DNA from: an uncultured Actinomycetes bacterium
Lineage (GTDB): Bacteria; Actinomycetota; Thermoleophilia; Gaiellales; Gaiellaceae
Length of the DNA stretch: 64,000 bases
Assembly: GCA_963835965.1 (NCBI GenBank)
Contig: CAWIHQ010000004.1
Location: 151,921 to 215,920, forward strand
Reading direction: 5' to 3'
In this document: positions 35,201 through 42,400 of the stretch, one piece after another
How the letters are laid out: the number at the start of each line of letters is the position of its first letter
Numbering within the stretch: the stretch's first letter is position 1
Translations under genes and position numbers: made by a program
The notes under the pieces: model-generated
The model's database searches: none
What the model saw: only the letters and a program-made list of their open reading frames with translations
What the model was told of the DNA's origin: nothing

Positions 35201-35319
35201 AGAGACAACGCGATCTGGCCGACCGTCACGGCGACTGGATTTCGCGCGAAGTCCTCGCGACCGAGCTCCGCGTCGCAGGCGATGAACTAAAGCTCGCGAA
35301 GCTGCGCTTCGCTCGCTGA
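32269..35319 (+). CDS. ileS: Isoleucyl-tRNA synthetase homolog (type-2 architecture) with non-canonical catalytic signature motifs
   Basis: Editing domain WTTTPWTLPAN and GTGIVHIAPGCGTEDF. CPRCGTSISQHEL, RYPECWRCHTPLIF, DWNISRRRYYGLPLP. IleRS-type C-terminal domain (REGWAVASGDGVTVALDL...ELIHLVNSLRKERGLELTDRI). However, HIGH reads LGVH and KMSKS reads EMHAS. ATG 32269 chosen (ORF open from 32206). Confidence 0.85.
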   Translation: MLKPIFQPLPDKPDHPRLEEEVLALWEAEGTFAKLRELNRGGPTFSFVDGPVTANRFSLGVHTAWGRTLKDVFQRYKALRGFDQRYQNGFDCQGLWIEVGVERELGLNSKREIEDFGLEEFARRCRDVVVRSSEALTRGSIRLGQWMDWGNDYLTSSDTNIEYVWRMLKSVHEREWLYLGHRSTEWCPRCGTSISQHELIGSYVDRADPSLYVRLPLLDRPGEYLVVWTTTPWTLPANVAAAVNPEAEYGRRKNGEWVAAARYPTEELEDRRRGADLVGWTYRGPFDDLTEVDHRVIPWDEVSMDEGTGIVHIAPGCGTEDFELAQVHGLEVIQPVDESGRFYDNFGWLHGLSTTEAAEQIIGNLEEKGVLVEAGLHEHRYPECWRCHTPLIFRIADDWFISVRELRQQMLDANATVEWTPEYMGKRMDDWLRNMGDWNISRRRYYGLPLPFYPCACGHLNVIGSRAELEERAVSGLEQLEELRRPWIDRVPVRCAECGEPVARIIEVGDVWLDAGIVPFSTLGWENPVWVEEGNATGAARGLTKADLPDHAYWEKWFPADWVSEMREQIRLWFYSQLFMSVVLTGGAPFRRVLGYEKMLDESGREMHASWGNTIPAEEAFGRMGADVMRWQYCSQPPDRNLLFGYGTAEELKRRLLTLWHSVKFFVDYANVAGFRPSWESLQPDAVEPLDRWLVERTRAFVADATAGYERWLSPDVLRDFEVYLDDLSNWYIRRSRRRFWDSDEVALRTLWYALVQTLRVLAPILPFMTDHLWRALVVDGPESVHLAGWPEVAEPDRALLDEITAVRRVVELARQARSSSGIKLRQPLRRLVVEGASVDGHLDEVADELRVKDVELGPVEAVELRVKPNLPVLGPKLGRELGAVREALAAGEFEELPDGRFRAAGRELEPDEVLVERGGREGWAVASGDGVTVALDLGLDDELVLEGEAYELIHLVNSLRKERGLELTDRIELTVPERQRDLADRHGDWISREVLATELRVAGDELKLAKLRFAR

Positions 35320-35333
35320 GGAGAAGGAACTTC

Positions 35334-35378
35334 GCGAGCCGGAAAGCGCGGTTTCCGGCTCGCTTCGTGCTGTTTTGT
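35334..35378 (+). terminator. Rho-independent terminator of the IleRS-homolog gene
   Basis: gcgagccggaaa-gcgcgg-tttccggctcgc (12-bp perfect stem) followed by ttcgtgctgttttgtctt, 15 nt after the stop. Confidence 0.7.
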
Positions 35379-35709
35379 CTTGGCTGCTCTGGAGGGTGGG
35401 AGGCTTGTGTCGTGCGCTCGCGCGCGGCGGAGGCCGGCGCGAGCGCGGTCCGGCCTGCGGCCAAGTCGCCGCTTCGCGGCTGTCTTAGCCTTCGGCCTTT
35501 GGTGCTTCCGTCGTTTGAGCGTTTCGAGCCAGACCGGCGCCGAGGCGGTGGCGTAACGGTGCGTTACGCCGCCGCGGGGTAGCGAGCGTGCACGCGAAGC
35601 CTGCGCGCTCGCGACGGAACCAGCGTCTGAACCTCCGCGGCCCCGATGTGTCCTCAGCACGGAGGCAACGGGAGACCGCGCTCTCCCGTTGCCGGAGTTC
35701 CTCATGTCT

Positions 35710-35767
35710 AGCTCGCGAGACCGAAGGTCTCGCGAGCTCCCGGGCGAAGAGCGAACTCTTCGCCCGG
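35710..35767 (-). terminator. Two tandem perfect hairpins abutting the ispH stop codon
   Basis: agctcgcgagacc-gaa-ggtctcgcgagct (13 bp) and ccgggcgaagag-cgaa-ctcttcgcccgg (12 bp). The second ends at 35767; the ispH stop is at 35768-35770. Confidence 0.5.
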
Positions 35768-36712
35768 CTAAGCGGCCGCGCGCTCGGCTCGGCGTAGCTC
35801 GACGGGCAGCTTGAAGCTCACGTCCTCGTGCACGGGCTCCTGCTCGCACACCTCCGCGCCGCGGGCGCTGAACCACGCGCACACCTCGGCGACGAGCCGC
35901 TCCGGCGCCGATGCGCCCGATGTGAGACCGACCGTCTCGCAGCCGTCGAGCCAGGTCTCGTCGATGCCCCGCAGGTCGTCCACCAGGTGAGCCGGAATCC
36001 CTTCGGCGCGCGCGACGTCGACGAGCCGCTGGGAGTTCGAGGAGTTGGGTGAACCGACGACGAGCAGCAGATCGATCTGGCGCAGGAGCTCCTTCACGGC
36101 CCACTGTCGATTCGAGGTCGCGTAGCAGATGTCCTCGCGCGCCGGTCCTTCGACGTGCGGGAAGCGGCGGCGCAGCACCGCGACGATCTCGCTCGTCTCG
36201 TCGACCGAGAGCGTCGTCTGGGTGAGGTACGCCAGCGGCTGGTCGGCCGGAAGCGAGACGTGCTCGGCGTCCTCCGCCGACTGGACGAGGACGATCGCGT
36301 CGGGCGCCTCGCCGAGTGTGCCTTCGACTTCCTCGTGCCCCGCGTGTCCGATGAGAACGAGCGCGTAGCCGGCTTCGGCATAACGGCGGGCCTGCGCGTG
36401 CACCTTCGTGACGAGCGGGCAGGTCGCGTCGATCGTCGTCAGGCGCAACTCCTTCGCCTCGCGGCGCACCGCCGGGGCAATGCCGTGGGCGGAGAAGACG
36501 ACGGTTGCGCCCTCGGGTACGTCGGTGAGCGCGTCGACGAAGACGGCTCCGCGCGAACGCAGGTCCTCGACGACGTGCGAGTTGTGGACGATCTGCTTGC
36601 GGACGTAGACGGGGCTCCCGTAGTGCGTGAGAGCCCGCTCGACCGTCTGGACCGCCCGTTCTACCCCCGCGCAGTAGCCGCGCGGCGAGGCGAGAAGAAG
36701 GCGTTTCACCAC
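35768..36712 (-). CDS. ispH: 4-hydroxy-3-methylbut-2-enyl diphosphate reductase
   Basis: LASPRGYCAGVERAV, SAHG, DATCPLVTKVH, GHAGHEEV, ICYATSNRQ, VVGSPNSSNS (three conserved Cys contexts). Confidence 0.92.
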   Translation of the reverse strand: MVKRLLLASPRGYCAGVERAVQTVERALTHYGSPVYVRKQIVHNSHVVEDLRSRGAVFVDALTDVPEGATVVFSAHGIAPAVRREAKELRLTTIDATCPLVTKVHAQARRYAEAGYALVLIGHAGHEEVEGTLGEAPDAIVLVQSAEDAEHVSLPADQPLAYLTQTTLSVDETSEIVAVLRRRFPHVEGPAREDICYATSNRQWAVKELLRQIDLLLVVGSPNSSNSQRLVDVARAEGIPAHLVDDLRGIDETWLDGCETVGLTSGASAPERLVAEVCAWFSARGAEVCEQEPVHEDVSFKLPVELRRAERAAA

Positions 36713-36919
36713 GGCCCGGCCACGATAGCCGTGGAACGGTCAGGTGGGAGTGAGAAGAAACCGGGCGACGCGATCTCGCCCGCTCACGACGACGCTTTAT
36801 CCGTTGCAAAGATGGGCCGGACGGCCCATTGTCCGTCTCGCAAACGGTCTCTACCCTCCCAGGCACTGGGCGATGCGAACCGCGGCGTCTCCGGACGCCT
36901 CGCGGGGAGCAATCGGGAG

Positions 36920-36956
36920 AGCCCGCCGCACCGACCCCCCGAGCGGCGGGCTTTTC
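36920..36956 (+). terminator. Orphan intrinsic-terminator-like hairpin with a C-rich loop, upstream of the kinase gene
   Basis: agcccgccgc-accgaccccccga-gcggcgggct followed by tttcc. No + strand CDS lies upstream of it (ispH is on the minus strand). Confidence 0.45.
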
Positions 36957-37015
36957 CATGTCTGGGCTCGGACGCCGGCCCGGCTGGACGCGGCTCCGTA
37001 CAATCTCTGCGCCCA

Positions 37016-40000
37016 GTGCTGAACTCAGTTGAGCTCTCGACCGTTCGCGCGCTCGGCCGCGCCGCGGCCGCCGTACTGCTCCTGCCTGCCGTTCTGCGCC
37101 GCGGCGCCTGGCAAGACCGACGGGCCGGTACGACGAGGGAGTTCGAGAGCGTCAGCCGCGTCGCCGACGAGCTGGCCCGGATCGCAGACGTCGAAGGCGT
37201 CGCTCGCACGCTGCTCGACGAGCTTGCCGAGCTCTTCGGGGTCGGCTTCGCCGCATTGACCTTCGTCTCCGACGACGCGCGCGAGGCCTCGGGCTACCTC
37301 GCGCGTTCGGGCGGCGAGGATGTCGAGTGGTGGCGGGATTTGCGCCTCGACCTCGGAAACGAGCCGTCGGGAATCGCGAGCGCGGTGTTCGAGGCGACGG
37401 CGATGACGGTCTACGACACTGCGAGCTCCGGCGTCGTCAGCCGCCGGCTGGTCGACGCCGTGGGAGCCAAGAGCGCCGCGTTCGTCCCGCTGCTCGTGGA
37501 GGAGCGCGTGACCGCGGTGATCTCGGTCGCGACCCTCGACGAGCCCCGGGTGTTCTCGAACGAGGACCTCGGGGTCATGCAGACGCTCGCCGCCGAAGCT
37601 GCTGTCGCGCTCGAACGGCTGCGCGCCGGTGTCGCGCTCGAGGAGGCGCTGAAACGGAACGAGGAGCAGCTTGCGCAGCAGAGCGCCCTGCTCCGGGCGG
37701 CGCACGTGCTCAGCAGCGAGCTCGACTTGCCGGTCGTGCTCCAGCGGCTGGCCGACCAGCTCGCGCACCTCCTCGATGCCGACGCCGCCGACTGCTACCT
37801 CCTCGACCGCGAGCGCGGCCTTTTCCGCTGTGTCGCGCTGGACGGCTTCGACAGCTCGCTGCTCGGCTTCGAGTTCCCGCTCGACCAGGGCCTGGCCGGC
37901 GCCGCCGTCCGCGAGGGACGGCCGCTGATCGCGAGCGCGTACGGCGAGATCTCGGCACCGGTTCCGCACCCCGCCTACGACGGCTTCACCGACGTGATCA
38001 CCGCGCCGATGGTCTGGAGCGACGAGGTGCGCGGCGTGCTCGGCGTCGGCCGGCGCGAGGGGCGGCAGTTCGCAGCCCAGGACGCGAACATCCTCGGGGC
38101 CTTCGCGGGGCTCGCGTCGCTCGCATTGCGGAACGCCGAGATGTTCACGCAGAGCGCACGCCAGGCGCGGATCCAGCGGGGCTTCTACCGGATCGCGTCG
38201 GTGCTCGGGCAGTCGCTGTCCCGCGCCGCCACGCTCGAGGCGATTGCCCAGGCTGCGGCGGAGGCGGTCGGTGGAAGCTCGGCGGCCGTGCTCGTTCCCT
38301 CGGGTGGCCGACTCGAGGCGGTGGGGACGTACGAGCTGCCGGCCGACCTTCGCGAGATCCTGGGCGAGCGGGCCTGGGGCCGCGAGAGCCCGCTCTTCCG
38401 CGCTGCGATCGAGGGGCGGATCATCGTCTCCTCGTCCATCGCCGACGACGAGCGGCTACTGGCAGATCTGCGCGAGGCTGCCGATGCGAATCGCTACCTG
38501 TCGCTGATCTCCGTGCCGGTCGACGCGCCGCGCGACGCAGGGCGCGGCCTCGTCCTCATCTTCTTCGCCGAGCGGCGCTCCTTCGGCGAAGACGACCTCG
38601 AGCTTGCACGCCACCTGGCCGACGCCACCAGCGGCGCGCTCGAGCGCAGCGAGCTGTTCGAGGCGGAGCGCGGTGCGCGCGCCCTCGCGCAGCAGCTCAC
38701 GCGCACGGGTCGGCTGCTCGCGAGTGAGCTCGACCCGGCGGCGGTGCTGGACGAGGTCGTCCAGCAGGCGCCGGCGGTCGTCAACGCGGAGGCGGGAGCC
38801 TTCCGCCTGCTCGACGGCGAGCAGCTCGTCGTCACGGCAGCCGACGGAGAGGGCGCCGAGGCCGCGCTCGGCTCGCGGAGCCCGGCCGGCGGCTGGCTCT
38901 CCGGTGACGTCCTTCAGTCGGGGGCGCCCGTCGCGCTCGCGCACGCAGGCGAAGACGAGCGGCTCCGCGGCCTCGATCAGATGCTCGAGGCTGGCCACGC
39001 CGCCTTCCTCGGCGTGCCGGTCGGCGGCACGGAGGGAGCGACCCTCGGCGTGCTCGCCGTTTACGCCTCCGTGCCGCGCGAGTGGCGAGAGGAGGAGATC
39101 GAGGCGCTGCTCGCCGTGGCCGCGAGCACGTCGGCCGCGCTCTCGAACGCCGAGCTCTACCAGCGCGTCGCGCTCGAGCGGGAGCGCTCGGTCGCCATTC
39201 TCGCCAACATCGCAGAGGGGATCGTCGCCGCCGATCGCGACGGCAAGGTCGTTCTCTGGAACAGTGCTGCGGAAGGGATCACGGGAGTTCCGGCTGCGGT
39301 CGCGCTCGGCCGCGCCCCGGTCGACGTGTTGCAGCGGAGCCTCGAGTCCACCGACGATGGGGCGCGCGGCGAGCGGCTCGTTCCGATCATGCGCGGGCGC
39401 GAGGAGGTCTGGCTTTCGGTCACCGAGGCGGTCATGCGCGATCCGCTCGGCGCAGTTGCGGGCCGCATCTTCGCCTTCCGTGACGTCTCGAGCGACCGGC
39501 TGGTCGAACAGGTCAAGTCCGACTTCGTGAGCACCGTCTCGCACGAGCTCCGCACGCCGCTCACCTCGATCTACGGATTCGCCGAGACGCTCCTGCGCCA
39601 GGACGTCATGTTCGGCGAGGAGGAACGGCAGACGTTCCTCCGCTACATCGCCTCCGAGTCGCAGCGGCTGACGTCCATCGTCGACACGCTCCTCAACGTC
39701 GCCCGCCTCGACACGGGCGATCTCCAGGTCAACCTTGCAGAGACCGATGTACGTGACGTGGTCGGTCAGGTGCTCGACATCGCCTCCAGGGTGGAGGTCA
39801 ACGGGCACCGCTTCGTCGTCGAGCTACCCGAAGAGCCGCTTGCCGCAAGGGCGGATCCCGAGAGGCTGCGTCAGGTGTGCGCCATCCTGGTCGAGAACGC
39901 TGTGCGCTACTCGCCGGGCGGAGGCACCGTGACCGTCGTCGCCACCCGGCGGCAGGACCTGGTCGAGGTGAGCGTCGCGGATGAAGGGATCGGGATCCCG

Positions 40001-40228
40001 CAGTCGGACCAGGAGCAGATCTTCCGCAAATTCTATCGCGGCTCCGCCGCCGAGCTACGTGCCGGCGCCGGCGGTACCGGCCTGGGGCTGTTCATCGCTC
40101 GCGGCCTCGTGACGGCCATGGGCGGCCGGATCTGGGTGTCGTCGCAGGAGGGCGAGGGCTCTCGCTTCGCATTTGAGCTTCCCGCCGTCGCTGCCGATCC
40201 TGTCGGGAGAGGAGAGGAGCGAGTATGA
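37016..40228 (+). CDS. Multi-GAF + PAS sensor histidine kinase (HisKA + HATPase_c)
   Basis: About four GAF-like repeats, a PAS region (ANIAEGIVAADRDGKVVLWNSAAEGITG), H-box FVSTVSHELRTPLTSI, N/G boxes (LVENAVRYSP, DEGIGI, GGTGLGLFIARG). Start uncertain: GTG 37016 chosen, after a TACAAT at 36999-37004. The ORF is open from 36155 only because it shadows ispH. Confidence 0.85.
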   Translation: MLNSVELSTVRALGRAAAAVLLLPAVLRRGAWQDRRAGTTREFESVSRVADELARIADVEGVARTLLDELAELFGVGFAALTFVSDDAREASGYLARSGGEDVEWWRDLRLDLGNEPSGIASAVFEATAMTVYDTASSGVVSRRLVDAVGAKSAAFVPLLVEERVTAVISVATLDEPRVFSNEDLGVMQTLAAEAAVALERLRAGVALEEALKRNEEQLAQQSALLRAAHVLSSELDLPVVLQRLADQLAHLLDADAADCYLLDRERGLFRCVALDGFDSSLLGFEFPLDQGLAGAAVREGRPLIASAYGEISAPVPHPAYDGFTDVITAPMVWSDEVRGVLGVGRREGRQFAAQDANILGAFAGLASLALRNAEMFTQSARQARIQRGFYRIASVLGQSLSRAATLEAIAQAAAEAVGGSSAAVLVPSGGRLEAVGTYELPADLREILGERAWGRESPLFRAAIEGRIIVSSSIADDERLLADLREAADANRYLSLISVPVDAPRDAGRGLVLIFFAERRSFGEDDLELARHLADATSGALERSELFEAERGARALAQQLTRTGRLLASELDPAAVLDEVVQQAPAVVNAEAGAFRLLDGEQLVVTAADGEGAEAALGSRSPAGGWLSGDVLQSGAPVALAHAGEDERLRGLDQMLEAGHAAFLGVPVGGTEGATLGVLAVYASVPREWREEEIEALLAVAASTSAALSNAELYQRVALERERSVAILANIAEGIVAADRDGKVVLWNSAAEGITGVPAAVALGRAPVDVLQRSLESTDDGARGERLVPIMRGREEVWLSVTEAVMRDPLGAVAGRIFAFRDVSSDRLVEQVKSDFVSTVSHELRTPLTSIYGFAETLLRQDVMFGEEERQTFLRYIASESQRLTSIVDTLLNVARLDTGDLQVNLAETDVRDVVGQVLDIASRVEVNGHRFVVELPEEPLAARADPERLRQVCAILVENAVRYSPGGGTVTVVATRRQDLVEVSVADEGIGIPQSDQEQIFRKFYRGSAAELRAGAGGTGLGLFIARGLVTAMGGRIWVSSQEGEGSRFAFELPAVAADPVGRGEERV

Positions 40229-40710
40229 GTGGCGACATGGATGGGTATATGCGGCCGGTGCCAGACGGGGGCGAGGTGCAGGTGCTGGTGATCGACGACG
40301 AGGCGCCGATTCGGCTGCTCTGCCGTGTCAACCTCGAGGCCGAGGGGATCTCCGTGCTCGAGGCCCCGGACGGCACGACGGGGCTCGACCTCGCGCGGAA
40401 CGAGCAGCCCGACGTCGTGCTCCTCGACGTGATGATGCCCGGCCTCGACGGCTGGCGGGTGGCCGAGGAGTTGCTGGAGGACGACCGCACGCGCGCGATC
40501 CCGATCATCTTCCTCACGGCGCGCGCGGAGTTTCGCGACCGGGCCCGCGGGCTCGACATCGGCGGAGTCGACTACGTGACAAAGCCCTTCAACCCGCTCG
40601 AGCTCGCTCCGCTCGTACGCGACCTGCTCGCCCGCATCGATCGCGGCGAGCGCGACGAGCTGCGCGGCGAGAAGCTCGCCGAGCTGCGCACGCTCATCGA
40701 GTCGGAGTAG
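40225..40710 (+). CDS. Stand-alone receiver-domain response regulator (CheY-like)
   Basis: VLVIDDE, DVVLLDVMMPGLDG, VTKPF. ATGA overlap with the kinase stop. Confidence 0.85.
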   Translation: MSGDMDGYMRPVPDGGEVQVLVIDDEAPIRLLCRVNLEAEGISVLEAPDGTTGLDLARNEQPDVVLLDVMMPGLDGWRVAEELLEDDRTRAIPIIFLTARAEFRDRARGLDIGGVDYVTKPFNPLELAPLVRDLLARIDRGERDELRGEKLAELRTLIESE

Positions 40711-40739
40711 CGGCGAAGCAGCCGTAGACTGCGTCTCGT

Positions 40740-40814
40740 CGGGGCGTAGCTCAGCCTGGTCAGAGCGCCCGGTTTGGGGCCGGGAGGCCGGCAGTTCGAA
40801 TCTGCCCGCCCCGA
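40740..40814 (+). tRNA. tRNA-Pro (anticodon TGG)
   Basis: CGGGGCG/CGCCCCG acceptor stem, GCTCAGCCTGGTCAGAGC D-arm, anticodon loop TTTGGGG, GGCAG-TTCGAAT-CTGCC T-arm. CCA not encoded. Confidence 0.9.
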
Positions 40815-40852
40815 TTCCGCGCCGGGATCGCGGCCGCTTCCGTTCAGACCCC

Positions 40853-41305
40853 ATGCGGGCATCCGAACAGCGGGGCAGCGTGCAGCCGGAGCGGGACGAG
40901 CCGCGGCTCCACGACCCGGGGCTCGGCGATCTCTCCTTCCGTGACTGGCAGGCGATCTTCGTCGGCGCCCTCAAGGGTTCCTCGAGGACAACGGGACGAT
41001 GCTCGCCTCGGCGCTGGCGTACTCGACGTTCTTTGCGATCCTCGCCGTCCTCCTCGTCGTGGTCGGCGTCTTCACACTCCTCGTCGGCCCGCAGACGATC
41101 TCGGTCGGGCGCCTTCGCCTTCTACACGTCGAACTTCGGCTCGTACAACAAGGCGTGGGGCTCCCTCGCCGCTGTGATCATCATGCTCATGTGGCTCTGG
41201 CTCGCCGCGATCGCGCTGCTCCTCGGTGCCGACGTCAATGCCGACGCCGAGCGGAGCCGGAAGCTGCGCGAAGGCCGGCTGCTGGTGGCGACGCGCTCGG
41301 GTTGA
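40853..41305 (+). pseudogene. YihY/BrkB-family membrane protein relic (internal deletion plus two frameshifts)
   Basis: The N-terminal block ..FLEDNGTMLASALAYSTFFAILAVLLVVVGVF.. is readable only in frame +2 (40975-41105). The C-terminal block FYTSNFGSYNKAWGSLAAVIIMLMWLWLAAIALLLGADVNA is in frame +1. About 150 aa of the family's middle are absent. The 3' end overlaps the convergent ctaG. Confidence 0.55.
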
Positions 41306-42011
41306 AGTGCCCCCCCGCCTGCTCGTCGGCGAGGAAGCGAAGTAGATAGGCCGCGAAGGCTCCGAAGAAGACGAGCGCCTCCTCGGCCGCCATCGTCACG
41401 CCGGCGATCTGCTGATCGGCGAGCGGGCCGGGCCCCCAGGTGCGCGGCGCGTGGACGTAGAACGGATAGATCGCGCGAGGGATGAGCGCGAGCAGCAGGC
41501 CGAGCGGCGACGCGAGCACGAACGCAGCGAAGAGGTAGGCGGCCTTCGCTCCCGCCGACGCTTTCCCGTGCACGACCGGCCACCAGACGCAGATGCCCGC
41601 GGCGAGATAGGTCAGGTGCTCGACGTGGAGGAGCGAGTGCGGGCGGCGGAGCGCCGCGTCGTAGATCCAGGGCAGGTGCCACGTGTAGTAGGTGACCAGC
41701 CAGAGCGGAAGCGCGACGAACGGCCGGAAGAGCGGGAAACCGGCCGCCCGCCCGGCGAGTCGCGGCGGGACCGCGAGCACGAGCAGCGCGGGAGCCCACT
41801 CCGCGAGAACGACGTTCTGCAGGAGGTGCGCCCAGAGGAACGTGTGGTTCGCGAGCGGCTCGAGCTGCGTGACGAAGGCGGCGAAGACGAGGCCGACGCC
41901 GAGGGCTCCGGCGACGAGGCGCGGGCGCGGGATGGGGCCGCCGCGGTAAGCGAGTGCCAGTCCGACCGCGAGCACCGGCGCGAGCCCGATCGCCTCCGCC
42001 GAGGGATGCAT
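41235..42011 (-). CDS. ctaG: Cytochrome c oxidase assembly factor CtaG (Caa3_CtaG family) membrane protein
   Basis: 258 aa, polytopic. HLLQNVVLAEWAPALLVLA, YYTWHLPWIYDAAL, HSLLHVEHLTYLAAG..W. Family call is from memory. Confidence 0.7.
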   Translation of the reverse strand: MHPSAEAIGLAPVLAVGLALAYRGGPIPRPRLVAGALGVGLVFAAFVTQLEPLANHTFLWAHLLQNVVLAEWAPALLVLAVPPRLAGRAAGFPLFRPFVALPLWLVTYYTWHLPWIYDAALRRPHSLLHVEHLTYLAAGICVWWPVVHGKASAGAKAAYLFAAFVLASPLGLLLALIPRAIYPFYVHAPRTWGPGPLADQQIAGVTMAAEEALVFFGAFAAYLLRFLADEQAGGHFNPSASPPAAGLRAASGSARRRH

Positions 42012-42034
42012 CTCGCTACCGTACCCAGCGCCTC

Positions 42035-42105
42035 GCGGGTGTAGCTCAATGGTAGAGCCCTAGCCTTCCAAGCTAGTTACGCGGGTTCGACTCCCGCCAC
42101 CCGCT
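42035..42105 (+). tRNA. tRNA-Gly (anticodon TCC)
   Basis: GCGGGTG/CACCCGC acceptor stem, GCTCAATGGTAGAGC D-arm, anticodon loop CTTCCAA, GCGGGTTCGACTCCCGC T-arm. Confidence 0.9.
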
Positions 42106-42400
42106 TCTTCTTCTTCCCGCATGGTTGGCCGGAAACCCGCTACTGGAGCGGGCTTCCGCGTCTCAGGGTCTCCTCAGCGTTTGCCGCTTGAAACCACTCG
42201 AACCCGCCCGATACTTGCACGCAACGGGCGCGCACCCTTGAAGAGGTGGGACAGTTCCGGGGGCAAGCCAGCACGAGCCGGAGGGCGTAGCGAGGTCGAG
42301 CACGCAGACCGTGCGCGGCAAGCGCGGGTCGAGCGAGCGGAGGTCCGTGCGGACAGGCCGCATCCGCCCGAGGCTGCTCGCGGCGCCGCAGTTCTGAGGC

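Noticed and set aside
35226-36959. 577-aa minus-strand ORF. Similar long ORFs occur at 17234-18928, 4430-5767, 38456-39808, 11797-12849, 32899-34251 and 28667-29914.
   Set aside because: These are out-of-frame or antisense shadows of well-supported genes (ispH, pat, alr, kinase, HAD, IleRS homolog, ybdK). They have Arg/Pro/Gly-dominated low-complexity translations typical of high-GC DNA.
36155-37015. N-terminal 287 codons of the 1357-aa kinase ORF, including the ATG at 36812
   Set aside because: Nt 36155-36712 are antisense to ispH. Nt 36713-37015 translate to low-complexity sequence and contain a terminator-like hairpin, so the start was moved to GTG 37016. This start remains uncertain.
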